From positions 237,646,001 through 237,710,000 of the forward strand of contig OZ024740.1 of the NCBI GenBank assembly GCA_964016885.1: a stretch of DNA of 64,000 nt, given 5' to 3'. Made by a program: the position numbers and the translations under genes. Positions 13,571-28,331 of this stretch are shown piece after piece. Below the pieces are notes generated by a model. That model ran no database searches, had not been told where the DNA came from, and worked only from the letters and a program-made list of their open reading frames with translations. This DNA is from Eledone cirrhosa. Its lineage: Eukaryota. Every line of letters starts with the position of its first letter. The stretch's first letter is position 1.

Positions 13571-14215
13571 ATATCATGAAATATCTAAAAAGTTTGTTCT
13601 CATATTTTCTGGGCAGTTAGAACATATGTGAAATTTCTCTCAAAATCTCTTCTTATATATATGTTCAATATGGGATGGTGATGGTGGAAGTGGGATTCAA
13701 TTAATCAGGGTTCAACTGATTCACTAGAAAATTTGCTTGATTTAAATAGACATTTCTATTTCTATTCTGAATAAATGTCCAGATGGCATTTTGTTGTTCC
13801 ATAGTACATGTGTGTGTAGGTGGGGTTACATTGTGTCAAGAGTTTAAGTTATTTTCAGTGTTTGTAAAAATAGCTAAAAATAGCTAAAAGCAGACATAAC
13901 ATTTTTTTTTAACTTGTGATGTGTGTGTGTGTGTGTGCGCGCGCGCGCGAGGGTTGATTGTGTCTAGATTTCAAGTTTATTTTTAGGGTTTGCTGATAAA
14001 ACAAGAATAAAAGAATCAAGAAAAGTAAATAAAAATACAAATATAAATATAAACATGATTGAAAGGGGTTCTTTGTGGGGGGTTACATTTATAAAAAAAG
14101 GTTAGAAAGAAAGAAAGAAAGAAACGGTTTTTAGTGGAGGTTTCTTTGGTGTTATAATTTTTCCATTTATCTTGTGGAGTCTCTGTCCCCGTGTGGTTAT
14201 ACATACATAGATTTG

Positions 14216-14276
<61 letters not shown>

Positions 14277-14427
14277 TGATGATGAGATGATGATATATAT
14301 TCCCCCCCACTCTCAGCCGTGAAACTAATATTAACACTTGTACTGCCACTTCGCTTCGTTGTTTTTTTTGTTTTTTTTTGTTTTCTGTTTCAACTATAAT
14401 ATATATATATATAAATATATATATATA

Positions 14428-14460
<33 letters not shown>

Positions 14461-14463
14461 TAT

Positions 14464-14652
14464 AGTGTTAGAAGGTAATCAGGACATCAACAAGAGGAGA
14501 AAAGTTTCCCTTCGTCAGCTGTTTACTATGGATCTTGGATGTTTTGGCGCTTAAAATAGTTTTAAGCGCTGAAACCTCTAAGATCCGTAGTAAACAGCTG
14601 ACGAAGGGAAACTTTTCTCCTCTTGTTGATGTCCTGATTACCTTCTAACACT
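14464..14652. repeat. Near-perfect ~190-bp palindrome
   Basis: agtgttagaagg..ccttctaacact arms of ~90 bp; centre aaatagttt. Confidence 0.9.
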
Positions 14653-15514
14653 TCGTTTTCAGTAACCACACAACCTCGCCTCCTATATACTCTTTTACTC
14701 TTTTACCTGTTTCAGCCATCCGGCTGAAGCCATGCTGGGGCAATCACTGTCATCCTCATCACTGTTTTACATTGCTTTTCCATGTTTGCATGGTTTAGAC
14801 AAGTTGTCACACAGAGGCTAGATAAGCAGGTAAAGTAACTATATCCATGACTGGATACCACCCCTAATGCTAATCATTTCATGGTATTTACTGGGTGTGT
14901 TTACTCATCGTACCACCACTACCACCAGACAAGGTGGAGTTGGTGCTTTTACATGGCACTAGCCCTACTCCTTTACAGAGCAGGCTGGGGGAATTTTATC
15001 ATGAAAATTAGTACTTTCACCTTCCAGTTTGGGCTGAGTGCTAAGCACATTTTTTATTGTGGCACCAGTACTACTACATTTCAACAGTAACACACTTGCC
15101 TACCTGTCTGGGCTGAGAAGGCAGAGCAGGGTTTTTACTTTATCTATAAAGTCCATTGAGATATTTGTTCTGCACTGAGTTAGAACCTTGCTTGCCCACT
15201 TTCTCTGTCAAAAATGCCTTAAACCAATGTTTGGACAATTGTACTCATATACCAACCAACAGCACTGTTTTCCTCAATTTACAATATAATGTGAATAAAT
15301 GAATAAATAACTAAATAAGTGTTGCCATTATCAGTCGAAGTATTAAATAGTGAGAGGGAAAAGGCTATAAAGAGTTACAATAATTATTAAAAATGTCACT
15401 TTGTTATCTAATATTCTTCCTTTCATTATATAATCTCAGTTAATCAGATTGTAAAGTATAACATTATTTCTAGAACAATTTTACCTTCTGGCAATAGCAG
15501 AGCGAAACAAAGGT

Positions 15515-15768
15515 GGTTGTTTTTTTGTTATAGTTGTCATCATCATTACCATTGTCATCGTTGTTGTTGTCACCATTGTTGTTGTTATTGCAATTAATGT
15601 TGTTGTTGTTGTTGTTGCAGTAGTTGTCATTGTTGTTGTCATTGTCGTTGTTGTTGTAGCTATCATTGTAGTTGTTGTTGCAGTAGTTGTCATTGTTGTT
15701 GTTGTTGTTGTTGTAGCTATCATTGTAGTTGTTGTTGCAGTAGTTGTCATTGTTGTTGTTGTTGTTTA
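15515..15768. repeat. Compound (GTT)n/(AAC)n microsatellite
   Basis: Direct reading. Confidence 0.95.
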
Positions 15769-15949
15769 GTCTCAGCTCACCTCTGATCAAGCTGACAGAC
15801 TAATGATAAAAGCTGTTCTAGCTATGACCATTATGTTTTTGTTATTGCTTTTAGACAGCAGTATAATTGGTAGTAAGAGCACCAGTGAAATAATTTTTTC
15901 TAATCTCAGGCATCTTCCATAGAAGTAGTTGATAACTTCTCTTATTTTA

Positions 15950-16410
15950 GTGGAGGATGTTGCTAAAATAAGAATAAAGTGGGGATATTCGGGTAACTAT
16001 TACTCCTGTTGGCAACAAAGGGATTTTCTCTCCAAGCAAAGAGTAGATTGTATGGTGCAGGTGAGCAAAGTGCAGTGTTGTATGGTAGTGCGACATAAGC
16101 AATGAGTACAGAAGTTATGTAAAAGCTGGAGAGAAACAAATTGAGCATGTTTCATTGGAGGTGTAATACTTGTGTGCATGAATGATGTAGTATGTATGAG
16201 CTGAGAGAAAAACTGGGTTTAAGAGGAATCAGATGTAATGTGCAAGAGAGATTACATTAGTATGGACACAATGCATATGGATGTTGATCACTGGATGAAG
16301 ATGTGCCAAGAAGAATTCATAGTGGAAGAAAGCCCGGGAAGAGGAAGACAATGGGAAACCTGACCAGAAGTGGTAAGAGCTGATTTTAAATTGCTGAAAT
16401 AACCAAGGTG
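15950..16410 (+). mobile_element. Degraded RTE C-terminal fragment
   Basis: Matches LLATKGFSL..RLY..LYGS..LERN region of the other RTE copies. Confidence 0.75.
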
Positions 16411-16603
16411 TTATGCAAAGCTTTGTTTATACCAACAAAACTTTAATGTCTTTTATTATATTAACGCAATTTTCCATCAGCTATTTCTCTATTAATATTT
16501 TGTTTCACACGCACACTCCACCACTCCACCCAGATATTTCCACCTCCTGCAATCATAAACATGGGTCAGTTTCTCTCTCTTCTGCCTTTCTATCATTTCA
16601 CCA

Positions 16604-16931
16604 TTTCATTTTACGTCCGCTTTTTCCCTGCTTGCAAGGGTAGGACAGGAACTGATTCTGGCTTGATTTCTACAGCTGGATGCCCTTCCTAACACCAACC
16701 TCATTTACAGTGAGTGCTGGGTGCTTTTTTGCCGTGACACCTCCACGACCACTTCACGTGGAATGATATGAACCCCAGTCCCTATCATCTCATTTCTACA
16801 GCTGAGTAAACTGGAGCAATGTGAAATAAAGTGTCTTGCTCAAGGAAACAACACATCACCCGGTCTGAGAATTGAACTCACAACCTTTCGATTGCACGAC
16901 CAATGCTCTAACCACTAAGCCATGTGCCTCC
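16604..16931 (-). mobile_element. SINE family A
   Basis: Near-identical to 10248-10579. Confidence 0.9.
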
Positions 16932-17610
16932 TTCTGTTCTTATAATATAACTGCATTATTCCAGAAAGGACTATCAACACCAACGTAGAATTTTCAGCTC
17001 CATTTGTTCATCCTCTTATATTCAGTTATACACTCAAGGAAATGTTGTATACTTTACACTTTTCTTTTGCTTTCTCCTGTTTATTGATTTTTATCCATTA
17101 GAGAATCTTATAATAACTCCCCATTTCTCGCTGCACCAGTAGTTTGAAAAAGAACCCAGAAACAACTGCATTGATTATAGACTTAGTGACAGAGAAGGAC
17201 ATTCACAAAGACATTCTTATTCATCCTTTCATCCTCTTCCACCTTCAAAGCCATTTGGCTTCACATTTCTTACTTGGTTGAGATTACATCTCTTTCCATG
17301 TTTGAACTTGACACAGCTTCTTTACAAATAGTCTTGATACTTACTATATTTCTTTAGGCATTCCACTCTTTTCTACTTCTGGTTTACCAATACCCCCCCC
17401 CCCCCCCAATAACTACTTCCATCCTCCTCCTTCACAAAAGTGCCATCGGTCATTCTTTCCTATTTTAACACATCAGTTTATTGAGACATTATTTAACAGA
17501 AAATCTTTTATGTTGTTCAAGAAAAAGAGGAAAAGTTTCTCTGTAGATAGGTTTGATAGGTTTTCAATAATTTAACTTAACATGCACGTACACACACACA
17601 TGAGTATGTA

Positions 17611-17658
<48 letters not shown>

Positions 17659-17667
17659 TTGTGAGAG

Positions 17668-17705
<38 letters not shown>

Positions 17706-17711
<6 letters not shown>

Positions 17712-19363
17712 GCTTGTGAGAGCTATACAAGCCATGTATAAAGAAACAGTCAGTAAGGTTAGAATTAACAACGAATATAGTGAAGAGTTTAGCGTAAAAG
17801 TTGGTGTCCATCAGGGCTCTGTACTTAGCCCCCTACTATTTATTATTGCCCTTCAGGCTATAACAGAGGAGTTCAAGACCGGCTGCCCATGGGAACTCCT
17901 ATACGCAGATGATCTAACGCTCATAGCTGAATCAATGACCGAACTAGAGAAGAAATTCCAAACGTGGAAGCACGGCCTAGAATCAAAAGGCCTTAAAATT
18001 AACCTGGCTAAGACTAAAGTTCTAGTTTGTAGGAAAGAAAATAAGGCGGCGGTCCCATCGGGGAAATGGCCATGCTCAGTGTGTAGGAAAGGCGTAGGTA
18101 GAAACTCCATTTTATGTCCCAAATGCAAAGTATGGGTGCATAAAAGATGTAGTGGGATCACAGGTAAGCTAACTAAGAACATAGATTTTACATGTGGCCG
18201 GTGCTCTGGTGCAATAAGTAGCAGCAAGTGCCCACAAAATACTAGCTCCTTCAACTGCGCAGAGGGTTCTATAGAAATAGTGGACAGCTTCCGTTATCTG
18301 GGTGACAAAATCAGCAGTGGGGGAGGGTGCTCTGAAAGTACAGTAGCTAGAGTCAGAACTGGATGGAAAAAGTTCAGAGAGCTTATACCACTATTAGCCG
18401 CTAGAGGGTTCTCCCTAAAAATGAAAGGCAGGTTATACGATGCCTGCATACGAACAGCAATGCTGCATGGCAGTGAGACCTGGGCATTGTGTGCAGAGGA
18501 TATACGCAGACTAGAGAGGAACGAAGCTTGCATGCTCCGCTGGATGTGCAATAGTAATATACGTGAACGGCAAAGCATAAACGAACTAAGGAAAAAATTA
18601 GAAATAAGAGGGATCAGATGTTGTTTACTCGAGAGAAGGCTACGTTGGTACGGTCACGTGATGCGCATGAAAGACGACAGCTGTATAACAAAGTGCAGGG
18701 CAATAAAGATAGACGGTAGCCACGGAGTAGGCAGACCCAGAAAAACATGGGACGAGCTGATAAATTCCGACCTCACACGCTTACACCTCTCCAAGACAAT
18801 GTCACTGGACCGAGACCTTTGGCGGTACTCAGTAATAGAGAAGACCCGCCTTACCTAAATACAAAGTAAAAACCTACTACAGTCAGTAGGCACCTCTATC
18901 AAAACACACCCCCGTCCCACCACCTCCACCCCACCCACACCGCCCCTTTCAATGTAAAGTTATGTTGGTCCCACAACATCCAGGCCGAAACAAATGAGAT
19001 CGTGTAGGTGTCACGACAAAAAACACACAGTCCACGCTGTAAATATGGCCGTGTAGGCAACACGGTAAAAACCTCCCAGCCCCACACTGTAAATGTGGTT
19101 GGTGTTAGGAAGGGCATCCAGCTGTAGAAAACCCGCCAGACAGTCCATGCTGTAATGTGGCCGTGTAGGCAACACGGTAAAAACCTCCCAGCCCCACACT
19201 GTAAATGTGGTTGGTGTTAGGAAGGGCATCCAACTGTAGAAAACCCGCCAGACAGTCCTATGCGAGCAAGACAACCACTCTTGCCTCAAGTGGGAAAACC
19301 CCCGTCCAAACCCATGCAAGCGTGGAACACGGACGCTAAACCTGATGATGATGATGATGATGA

Positions 19364-19367
<4 letters not shown>
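17706..19367 (+). mobile_element. 5'-truncated RTE LINE with an uninterrupted 380-aa ORF remnant (17716-18858)
   Basis: GVHQGSVLSP, LLYADDL, C4HC3 finger, FRYLG, RLRWYGHVMR; ~113-bp tandem duplication in the 3'UTR; (GAT)n tail. Confidence 0.95.
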
Positions 19368-19418
<51 letters not shown>

Positions 19419-19492
19419 TATGTATCTATGCATATATATATATATATTTGTATGTATACATTATATATTTATATGTATGTATACATACCTAG

Positions 19493-19546
<54 letters not shown>

Positions 19547-19629
19547 ATAATAATAAATTTGAAGACTAAAATCCAAAGAGGGCTCGATAAGGATAAATAT
19601 ATATAAAATATTTAAGAACTGTAGAGCAA

Positions 19630-20370
19630 ATATTTATTAAAATAACAGATTAAAGTTTAAGCAAAGAATCGCTGCTTTCACCCTTAACGGCATCTTCTGA
19701 AACTAACAAAGTCAATCTGTAAACGCAGAAGTGGGTATTTCAAAAAACGCTGCAACCGGAGGAAGACAGGAAGACGATACTTTGGTTCGTGGAAACGTTC
19801 CCTGGCAAAGAACGGGGAAAAAACGAATATAATACGTCATTATTTGGAGCAGTGAAAAACAATTACGCGCAAAGACAGAACCACATTTATGATATAAAAG
19901 AAGTCGTAGACTAATGTTCTCTTAGGTGGTTCATAGAGACGTTCTCTAGCAATGAACGGAATAAACGAAGATAATACGTCATATATGGAGCGTAGAGAAC
20001 AATTATTGTGCTCCACGCTCCACATATGATGTATTATCTTCGTTTTTTCCGTTCATTGCCAGAGAACGTCTCTATGAACCACCTAATAGAACATTAGTCT
20101 ACGACTTCTTTTATACCATAAACGTGGTATTGTTTTTGCGTGTAATTGTTTTTCACCGATCCAAATAATGACGTATTATATTCGTTTTTTCCCCGTTCTT
20201 TGCCAGGGAACGTTTCCACAAACCAAAGTATCGTCTTCCTGTCTTCCTCCGGTTGCAACGTTTTTTGAAATAGTCACTTCTGCGTTCACAGATTTACTTT
20301 GTTAGTTTCAGAAGATCCCGTTAAGGGTGAAAGCAGCGATTCTTTGCTTAAACTTTAATCTGTTATTTTA

Positions 20371-20378
<8 letters not shown>
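19630..20378. repeat. ~750-bp fold-back (inverted arms ~370 bp), possible Penelope pLTR-type structure
   Basis: tatttattaaaataacag.. mirrored by ..ctgttattttaataaata; centre near 20005; same family at 48915-49166. Confidence 0.9.
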
Positions 20379-20442
<64 letters not shown>

Positions 20443-20444
20443 CA

Positions 20445-22700
20445 TAAGTATCAAACTTATGTTTAAATCATTTAATCGCTGACAATTGTCTCTTCCAAAC
20501 TTTAGTTTGGTGTCATCGGAGAATTATCAATGTTTGTACATATAATTAACCTCCTATTCAACTGAAGAATCACATAGATACATATATATTGATGTTATGG
20601 ACAACAGTTTAGTATATATAGGGTGTAATGGATGCGACATATATTATACGAGAATTGTACAATAATCCAAATTAAGATTAAAATTAAAAGCACAGAGTGG
20701 AATACATGCGACAGATAATATAAGAGAATAGTCTAATAATTAGAGAGATAGTACATGTGTCAGTGTCAGTCATATATAAAGGAATGGAACAAGCAAATGT
20801 ATTATGCATATATGAGTACTGTATGACAAGGTATTACATAAAATACAAGCACTTTAAGTGAATATGTTAGTGTATTATGGGGGATGTAAAGCGATGATAG
20901 TTTCTGTATAGTTCAAATTTGTATGTGTGTAGAATATGAAAGTTACTGATTTCCCATCCATTACATATGTTAAGTTATATTTGTATTGAATGTTTGTTAT
21001 AGTAATGGATTTTAACTTGGTCCTATTGTATTCATATTCATGGATTAGAGTTGTTCTACTGTGAGAATTTTCAACGGTTTAATATCCGGAAGAGGATATG
21101 GAATTAAGGGGAGCTAATGCGTAAGGGGAGGTAACTAGCTCATTATAATAATTAAATTCCTTGCTCTAATAGACATTATATAGTGCCACAATGGAATCCC
21201 TTATACAAAATGTTATATATTTATATTTAATTTTAAATACAGTCTGCTCTCTCATAATATATTAAAGGTTTTATTAGATTGTTGTCTACCCAAGATATGG
21301 AATAACATATAGCTGTTTGCATGTTAAATTAGATAAATCCCTTAAGTAAATAAATTAATCCTTTATATACAATGTTATTAATTTATACATTTAATTATAA
21401 ATGTATATATAATTCATTGTTACATTTAACATTTAAAGTTTATATATATTATATTATATTTCAATCACTATATAATTATAAGTAATCTAAAGTAATTATA
21501 TTAAAAGGTGGTGACTATAAGAATATTTCTAGAGTATAATGTTAGAGATAAAAATGATTTGTGTAGAGGAAAGGGTGGACAAAGAGTGTGAGGTAGCGGT
21601 GGAAGGCAAGTCTTAGAGGTGAAGTGCTAATGGTGGTGATGAATTCAAATCTGACATTGTTATATACTAGGTTTAAAGCTATAGAATGAGTGTCAGAAGC
21701 GGTGCTGGCATGATGCAAACACTTCGGATTTTTTTATTTAGGAGGTTAAGATTCGAAAAGATTATAGTATGGGTCTCTAGGAGACAGAGGTTACAAAATG
21801 TATTCGGTGGTTTATACAATGCAGCCCTACCTACTACTTCCCATTGAAGTGTATATGTTCTATTCCTAGTTTTCAGATAGTGTATGTAGCTAGATAGTGA
21901 AGTGGAGTTGGCTAGATTGTGTTTTTTGAAAGAGTGGAGGTGCAAGTTGTATCTCGTCTTGAAGCAGTTAGAGCCTATATATGTTTTAGAAGAGTTATTA
22001 GTGTTGACCGTGCAGGAGTAAATGATGTCTTTGATTAAGTAGTTATTACCTAAAGGGCCAGTTCTATTTGATCTACAGTTACATTTATTTTGGATGTTAT
22101 CTTGCCGGTTATTATGTTGTGTAGAAGTCTGGTTGCTATGGATAGCATTAGGGCTATGATGGTTGTCGTTCCTAATGTTATTTATTTCATTAGTGTTATT
22201 ATTATTATTACTAATGCTATTAGGGTTTGTAGTTATTATGTTGTTTTGAAAGTTTACCTCCTGCTGTGTTTTAATTTGTTGGAAATAAGTATTAATCTTT
22301 CTTTTATTACTACTAGCTATATGGTATGCTATGTTAGCTGTGGTAGAGTAAGAGATTTTAATGGTGTTTTTATTTATAAGATTATGGTATGTGTGGTCAG
22401 ATGGGAAGTTTTTTCTAGGATTGAGAAGAAAGCCTTAGGTAAGTTGGTAGAGACATTTAGATTGAAAGGGGGATTGAAAAATGTATTAGTTCTTCTCCTA
22501 TTTTTGTTTTTTGTATTGATGTATTTCTGTTTATAATATTATTGTGGTGTTTACTTTGGTGCGAGTTAAATTTGATACTACTCTTCGTATTAGAGTAAGG
22601 GTGGCTATTATTCTTATTCTTATTTTTCCTCATGGCCATATTGTGAGAAATAATGCTGTAACTATGTGATTTTATAGGTAGGAATTCAACCCCCTTTTTT
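20445..22700 (-). mobile_element. 5'-truncated Penelope-like element (post-RT linker, GIY-YIG endonuclease, long 3' region)
   Basis: Frameshifted FFNPPF..NKNTIKISYS; CNCR..IIYSCTV..YIG..FKTRY..HSF..LSSYIH..W..CNLCLLE..LLNKK. Confidence 0.85.
20474..20525 (-). ncRNA. Degenerate hammerhead ribozyme at the 3' end of the Penelope-like element
   Basis: CCGAUGA-ca-CCAAACU aa AGUUUGG-aa-GAGAC-AAUU-GUC-ag. Confidence 0.55.
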
Positions 22701-22779
22701 TATACATATATATATATATATGTGTGTGTGCGTATATATATTTATATATATATATATTTATATATATATGTGTGAGTGT

Positions 22780-25700
22780 GTGGCTGGATGGGTGTATACT
22801 GAATGAATTAGCAGTTGGCTCTATCAAACTGAAGTACCAGTCAACCAAGAAGCATATGACATATAAAAACATGGCTACAAGTATCAAGTCAACTCATCAC
22901 TAAATGTTTGTTATCTTTATACCTATAAATCTACAACCCAACACTCATCTCCCTCTCCCTCTCTCGTGGATGACCAACATAATTCCGTCTCCCACACCCC
23001 TACCTGTGCCTCCAACCCATCCATTACACTCACCCAACGAAATCCAAAATTTCAGAGTTGGTACCATGAACGTAGGCACATTGAAAGGTCGCTCAAATGA
23101 GGTTGTAGAGATGCTTGAACGTAAGGAAGCTGATGTTTGTTGTGTTCAAGAGACTAGGTGGAAAGGGGGGAGGGGGTCTGCCAGATTCATTGTGGGTAAA
23201 AAACGATGCTATAAACTTTTCTGCGTGAGAAATGACAATGGACTGGGTGGAGTAGGAATTATGTTAGCAGAAAAATGGGTAGATAAGGTAATTGCCGTAA
23301 ATAGAGTGAATGACAGAATAATTAAAATAAGACTAGTTCTAATTAGAACTACTGTGATAATAATATCCGCTTATGCACCCCAATCTGGCCTACTTGATGT
23401 TATAAAAAACAGGTTCTATGAGTCACTAATGCACACTACCTCCCAAATAACCGATAGTGACTACTTAATTATTGCTGGCGAGCTTAATGGTCACATTGGA
23501 CAACATTGTGATAGCTATGATGGAATCCATGGAGGCTATGGGTTTGGTACTAGAAATAAGAAAGGCTTCAGAATCCTGGAATTCTGTGACACAAACTTAA
23601 AAAAACGAGACAATCATTTGATCACATATAGATCAGGGAACACGCCAGCCAGATAGATTATATCCTTACTAGAAGACATGACAGAGTGTCTGTTGTAAAC
23701 ACTAAGTCCCTCCCCCGTGAAGAAAGCACCTCCCAGGTGCTTTCTTCAAGCCTAGTAGTTAGTGACCTCGTAGTCAGGACTAGACGTACTCTACGACAGA
23801 GGAGGACTACCTTGAGGAGAAGAATATGGAAGTTGAAGGACCCCACTGCCAGTGAGAAATTTAAAAGCTTATTACTTGATGCTTTTGACAGTAAGGAAGA
23901 GCAATTAGAGACGTACAATATAGAGGAACAGTGGGGATTCTTGAAAGTTAACCTGCTGAAGGCAACAGATGAAATCTGTGGCTGGGGCAGAACTATAGGC
24001 AGGAGGAGATTAACTTGGTGGAACAGTAAGGTGGAGGAAACAATCAAGTCCAAAAAGCAGGCTTGGAAAGTATGGCGAGATGGAGGAAGTAGAGAACACT
24101 ATAAAGTGGCCAGGAGAGAAGCTAGGAGACAAGTGTACTTTGCAAAAAGGGAAGCAGAGGATAGAAAGTTCAAGCATGTTCTACAATGCGAGGACCAAAA
24201 ATGTGAGGTGTTCAGGATTGCAAGACAATGTGTCAAGGAAAACCGTGATATTGTCGGGGAGAAGTGTGTCCGAAATGATGATAGTGTACTTGACCTCACT
24301 GATACTGATAAGAAGGTAGCTTGGAAGTGTCACTACGAGAGACTACTAAATGAGGAGAATAAATGGAAAAAGATAGTCTACCCCAAATCGATCCAATAGA
24401 GGGACCAGCGGTGCAAGTTAGTGGTAGTATAATAAGTAAGGCAATCAAAGATATGAAGACAGGCAAAGTCGCCAGGCCTTTGGAGATAGTTGCTGAGATG
24501 TTGAAAGCATCTGGAATGATGGGATATACTATGGTCACCCGGATAGTAAACCAAGTAATACAGAATGGGGTCATACAAAAGGACTGGCATAGCAGCATCA
24601 TCGTTAACTGCTACAAAGTTAAAGGAGATGCTCTAGATAGAGGAAACTATAGAGGCATTAAGTTAGTTGACTAGGTCATGAAGGTCATAGAAAGAGTTAT
24701 AGCACAACTAATCAGAGATTGAATTGATCTAGATGAAATGCAGTTTGGGTTTGTGTCAGGTAAAAGTACCACAGATGCTCGTTTCCTTGTACGACAACTA
24801 CAGGAGAAGTACCTAGCTAAAAGTAAACCCTCTACTTAGCTTTTGTTGATTTGGAGAAAGCCCCACGCTCCATTATCTGGTGGGCTCTTAGAAAACTAGA
24901 AGTAGATGAATGGCTTATGAGAGCTATACAAGCCATGTATAAAGATACAGTCAGCAAGGTTAGAATTAACAATGAATATAGTAAAGAATTTAGCGTAAAA
25001 GTTGGTGTTTATCAAGGCTCTGGCCTTAGCCCCCTCCTGTTTACTATTGCCATTCAGGCTATAACTGAGGAGTTTAAGACCGACTGCCCATGGGAACTTC
25101 TATATGCAGATGATCTAACTCTCCTAGCTGAATCTATGGCTGAACTAGAGAAGAAATTCCGAACATGGAAGCATGGCCTAGAATCAAAAGGCCTTAAAGT
25201 TAACTTGTCTAAGACTAAAGTTCTAGTATGTAGAAAGGGAAATAGGGCACAGGTGCCCTCTGGGAAATGGCCATGCTCAGTGTGTAGGAAAGGAGTAGGT
25301 AGAAATCCCATTCTATGTCCCATATGCAAACTATGTGTACATAAAACATGTAGTGGGATCACAGGTAAGCTAACTAAGAATATAGATTTTATATGTGGCC
25401 GGTGCTCAGGTGCAATAAGTAGCAGCAAGTGCCCACAGAATGCTAGCTCATTCCATTGCACAGATGGTTCTATAGAAATAGTGGACACACTCCGTTACCT
25501 GGGTGACAAAATCAGCAGTGGTGGAGGGTGCTCTGAAAGTACAGTAGCTAGAGTCAGAACTGGATGGAAAAAGTTCAGAGAGCTTATACCACTATTGGCC
25601 ACAAAAGGTTTCTCTCTGAAAATGAAAGCAGATTGTATAATGCTTGTATACGAACAGCAATGTTACATGGCAGTGAGACATGGGCATTGTGTGCAGAGGA

Positions 25701-26399
25701 CCTGCACAGACTGGAAAGGAACGAAGCATGCATGCTCCGTTGGATGTGTAATAGTAATATACACAAATAGTAAAACATAAATGAACTAGGTGAGAAATTA
25801 GGATTAAGAGAGATCAGATGTTGTTTACTTGAGAGAAGACTACATTGGTATGGTCACGTGATGCACATGAAAGATGACAGCTATGTAAAAAAGTGCAGGA
25901 CGATCAAAATTGATGGAAGTTACGGAGTAGGTAGACCCAGAAAAACCTGGGACGACATGATAAATTCCGACCTTGCACACTTGCACCTCTCTAAGACAAT
26001 GTCACTGGATCGAGATCTTTGGCGCCACGCAGTAATACAGAAGACCCACCTTCCATACGTGCAAAGTTAACTTACAGTCAGTAGCCCCCTCCAAACCAAG
26101 CATACAACTCAACCCACTACCCCTACTCCATTCTCCCACTCCCACCAACACCACCCTTTCTCTATAAAGTTATGTTGGTACCACAACAACTAGTCCAAAC
26201 TAATGAGGTTGTGTAGGTGTCACGACAAAAAAACACACATTCCACGCTGTAATGTGGTTGTGTAGTTAACACAGTAAAAACCTTCCAGATAGTCCTATAC
26301 GAGCGAGCCACGGCCACCCGACCAATCTTGCCTCAAGTGGGACAACTCCCGTCTAATCCATGTTGGCATGGAAGATAGATGTTAATGGATGATGATGAT
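22780..26399 (+). mobile_element. Near full-length RTE LINE (APE endonuclease and RT), inactivated
   Basis: GTMNVGTL, CCVQETRW, SAYAPQ, GELNGHIG endonuclease motifs; RT LLYADDL; multiple stops and frameshifts; (GAT)n tail. Confidence 0.95.
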
Positions 26400-26409
26400 A
26401 TATATATAT

Positions 26410-27458
<1,049 letters not shown>

Positions 27459-27593
27459 TAGATGTGGTCTGTGACAACAATAATACTTAGGGCACAGGCC
27501 ATCTCCGAATCAAATATTTTTCTATATTTTTTCTATACTTTCTCTGTTTGTGTATGCTGTAATTCCTTTATTGATTAACTAATTATACAACCC

Positions 27594-27650
27594 ACACCTG
27601 ATGATATCGTCAGGAATTACGTAACTAGGCCATTGAAATCTATATAGTGT
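27594..27650 (+). ncRNA. Hammerhead ribozyme-like motif
   Basis: ACAC-CUGAUGA-imperfect stem II-GAAA-UCUAUA-UA-GUGU. Confidence 0.5.
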
Positions 27651-27899
27651 TTTTGCAACAACAGAACTTTAAGAGAACACCACCAGTTCAGCCTCCTGTT
27701 ATTTTAATCAACCCAATATTTAACCCATTCCTGCATCAACCACAGGATTCAACCTGATCGATGGATGAGTTGCATAACATAGAGTGCTTTTCCTACTATT
27801 ACATCATGGTTAACTAAACAAAATGACCAGTTCTATCCAATGGTGAACCACTATACATAAATGAATATATATATATACATATATATATACATATATATG

Positions 27900-28304
27900 T
27901 GAGGGCAAATGGCTTAGTGGTTAGAGCATTGGCCTTGCAATCGAAAGGTTGTGAGTTCAATTCTCGGACTGGGTGATGTGTTGTTTCCTTGAGCAAGAGA
28001 CTTTATTTCACATTGCTCCAGTTTATTCAGCTGTAGAAATGAGATGATAGGGACTGGGGTCCATATCATTCCACTGCAAAGTGGTCGTGGAGGTGCCACG
28101 GCAAAAAAGCACCCAGCACTCACTGTAAATGAGGTTGGTGTTAGGAAGGGCATCCAGCTGTAGAAATCAAGCCAGCATCAGTTCCCGTATGACCAAGACA
28201 AGGTCAGCCGACCTGACACTGCCCACAACAGGACAACCCGTCTAACCCATGCTAGCGTGGAAGAACGGACGTAAAACGGTGATGATGATGATGATGATGA
28301 TGAT
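27900..28304 (+). mobile_element. SINE family A, long form with full RTE tail and (GAT)n
   Basis: tRNA-like head; 28070-28304 nearly identical to the RTE 3'UTR at 7800-8063. Confidence 0.9.
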
Positions 28305-28331
28305 CATATATATACATGTATATCTATACAA

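Noticed and set aside
15470-15790. Poly-Asn and poly-Thr ORFs
   Set aside because: Trinucleotide microsatellite with no flanking coding context
21679-22639. Endonuclease-only Penelope element with its own ATG
   Set aside because: The frame is broken and the sequence upstream of the ATG looks like continued decayed ORF up to a microsatellite; ordinary 5' truncation is simpler
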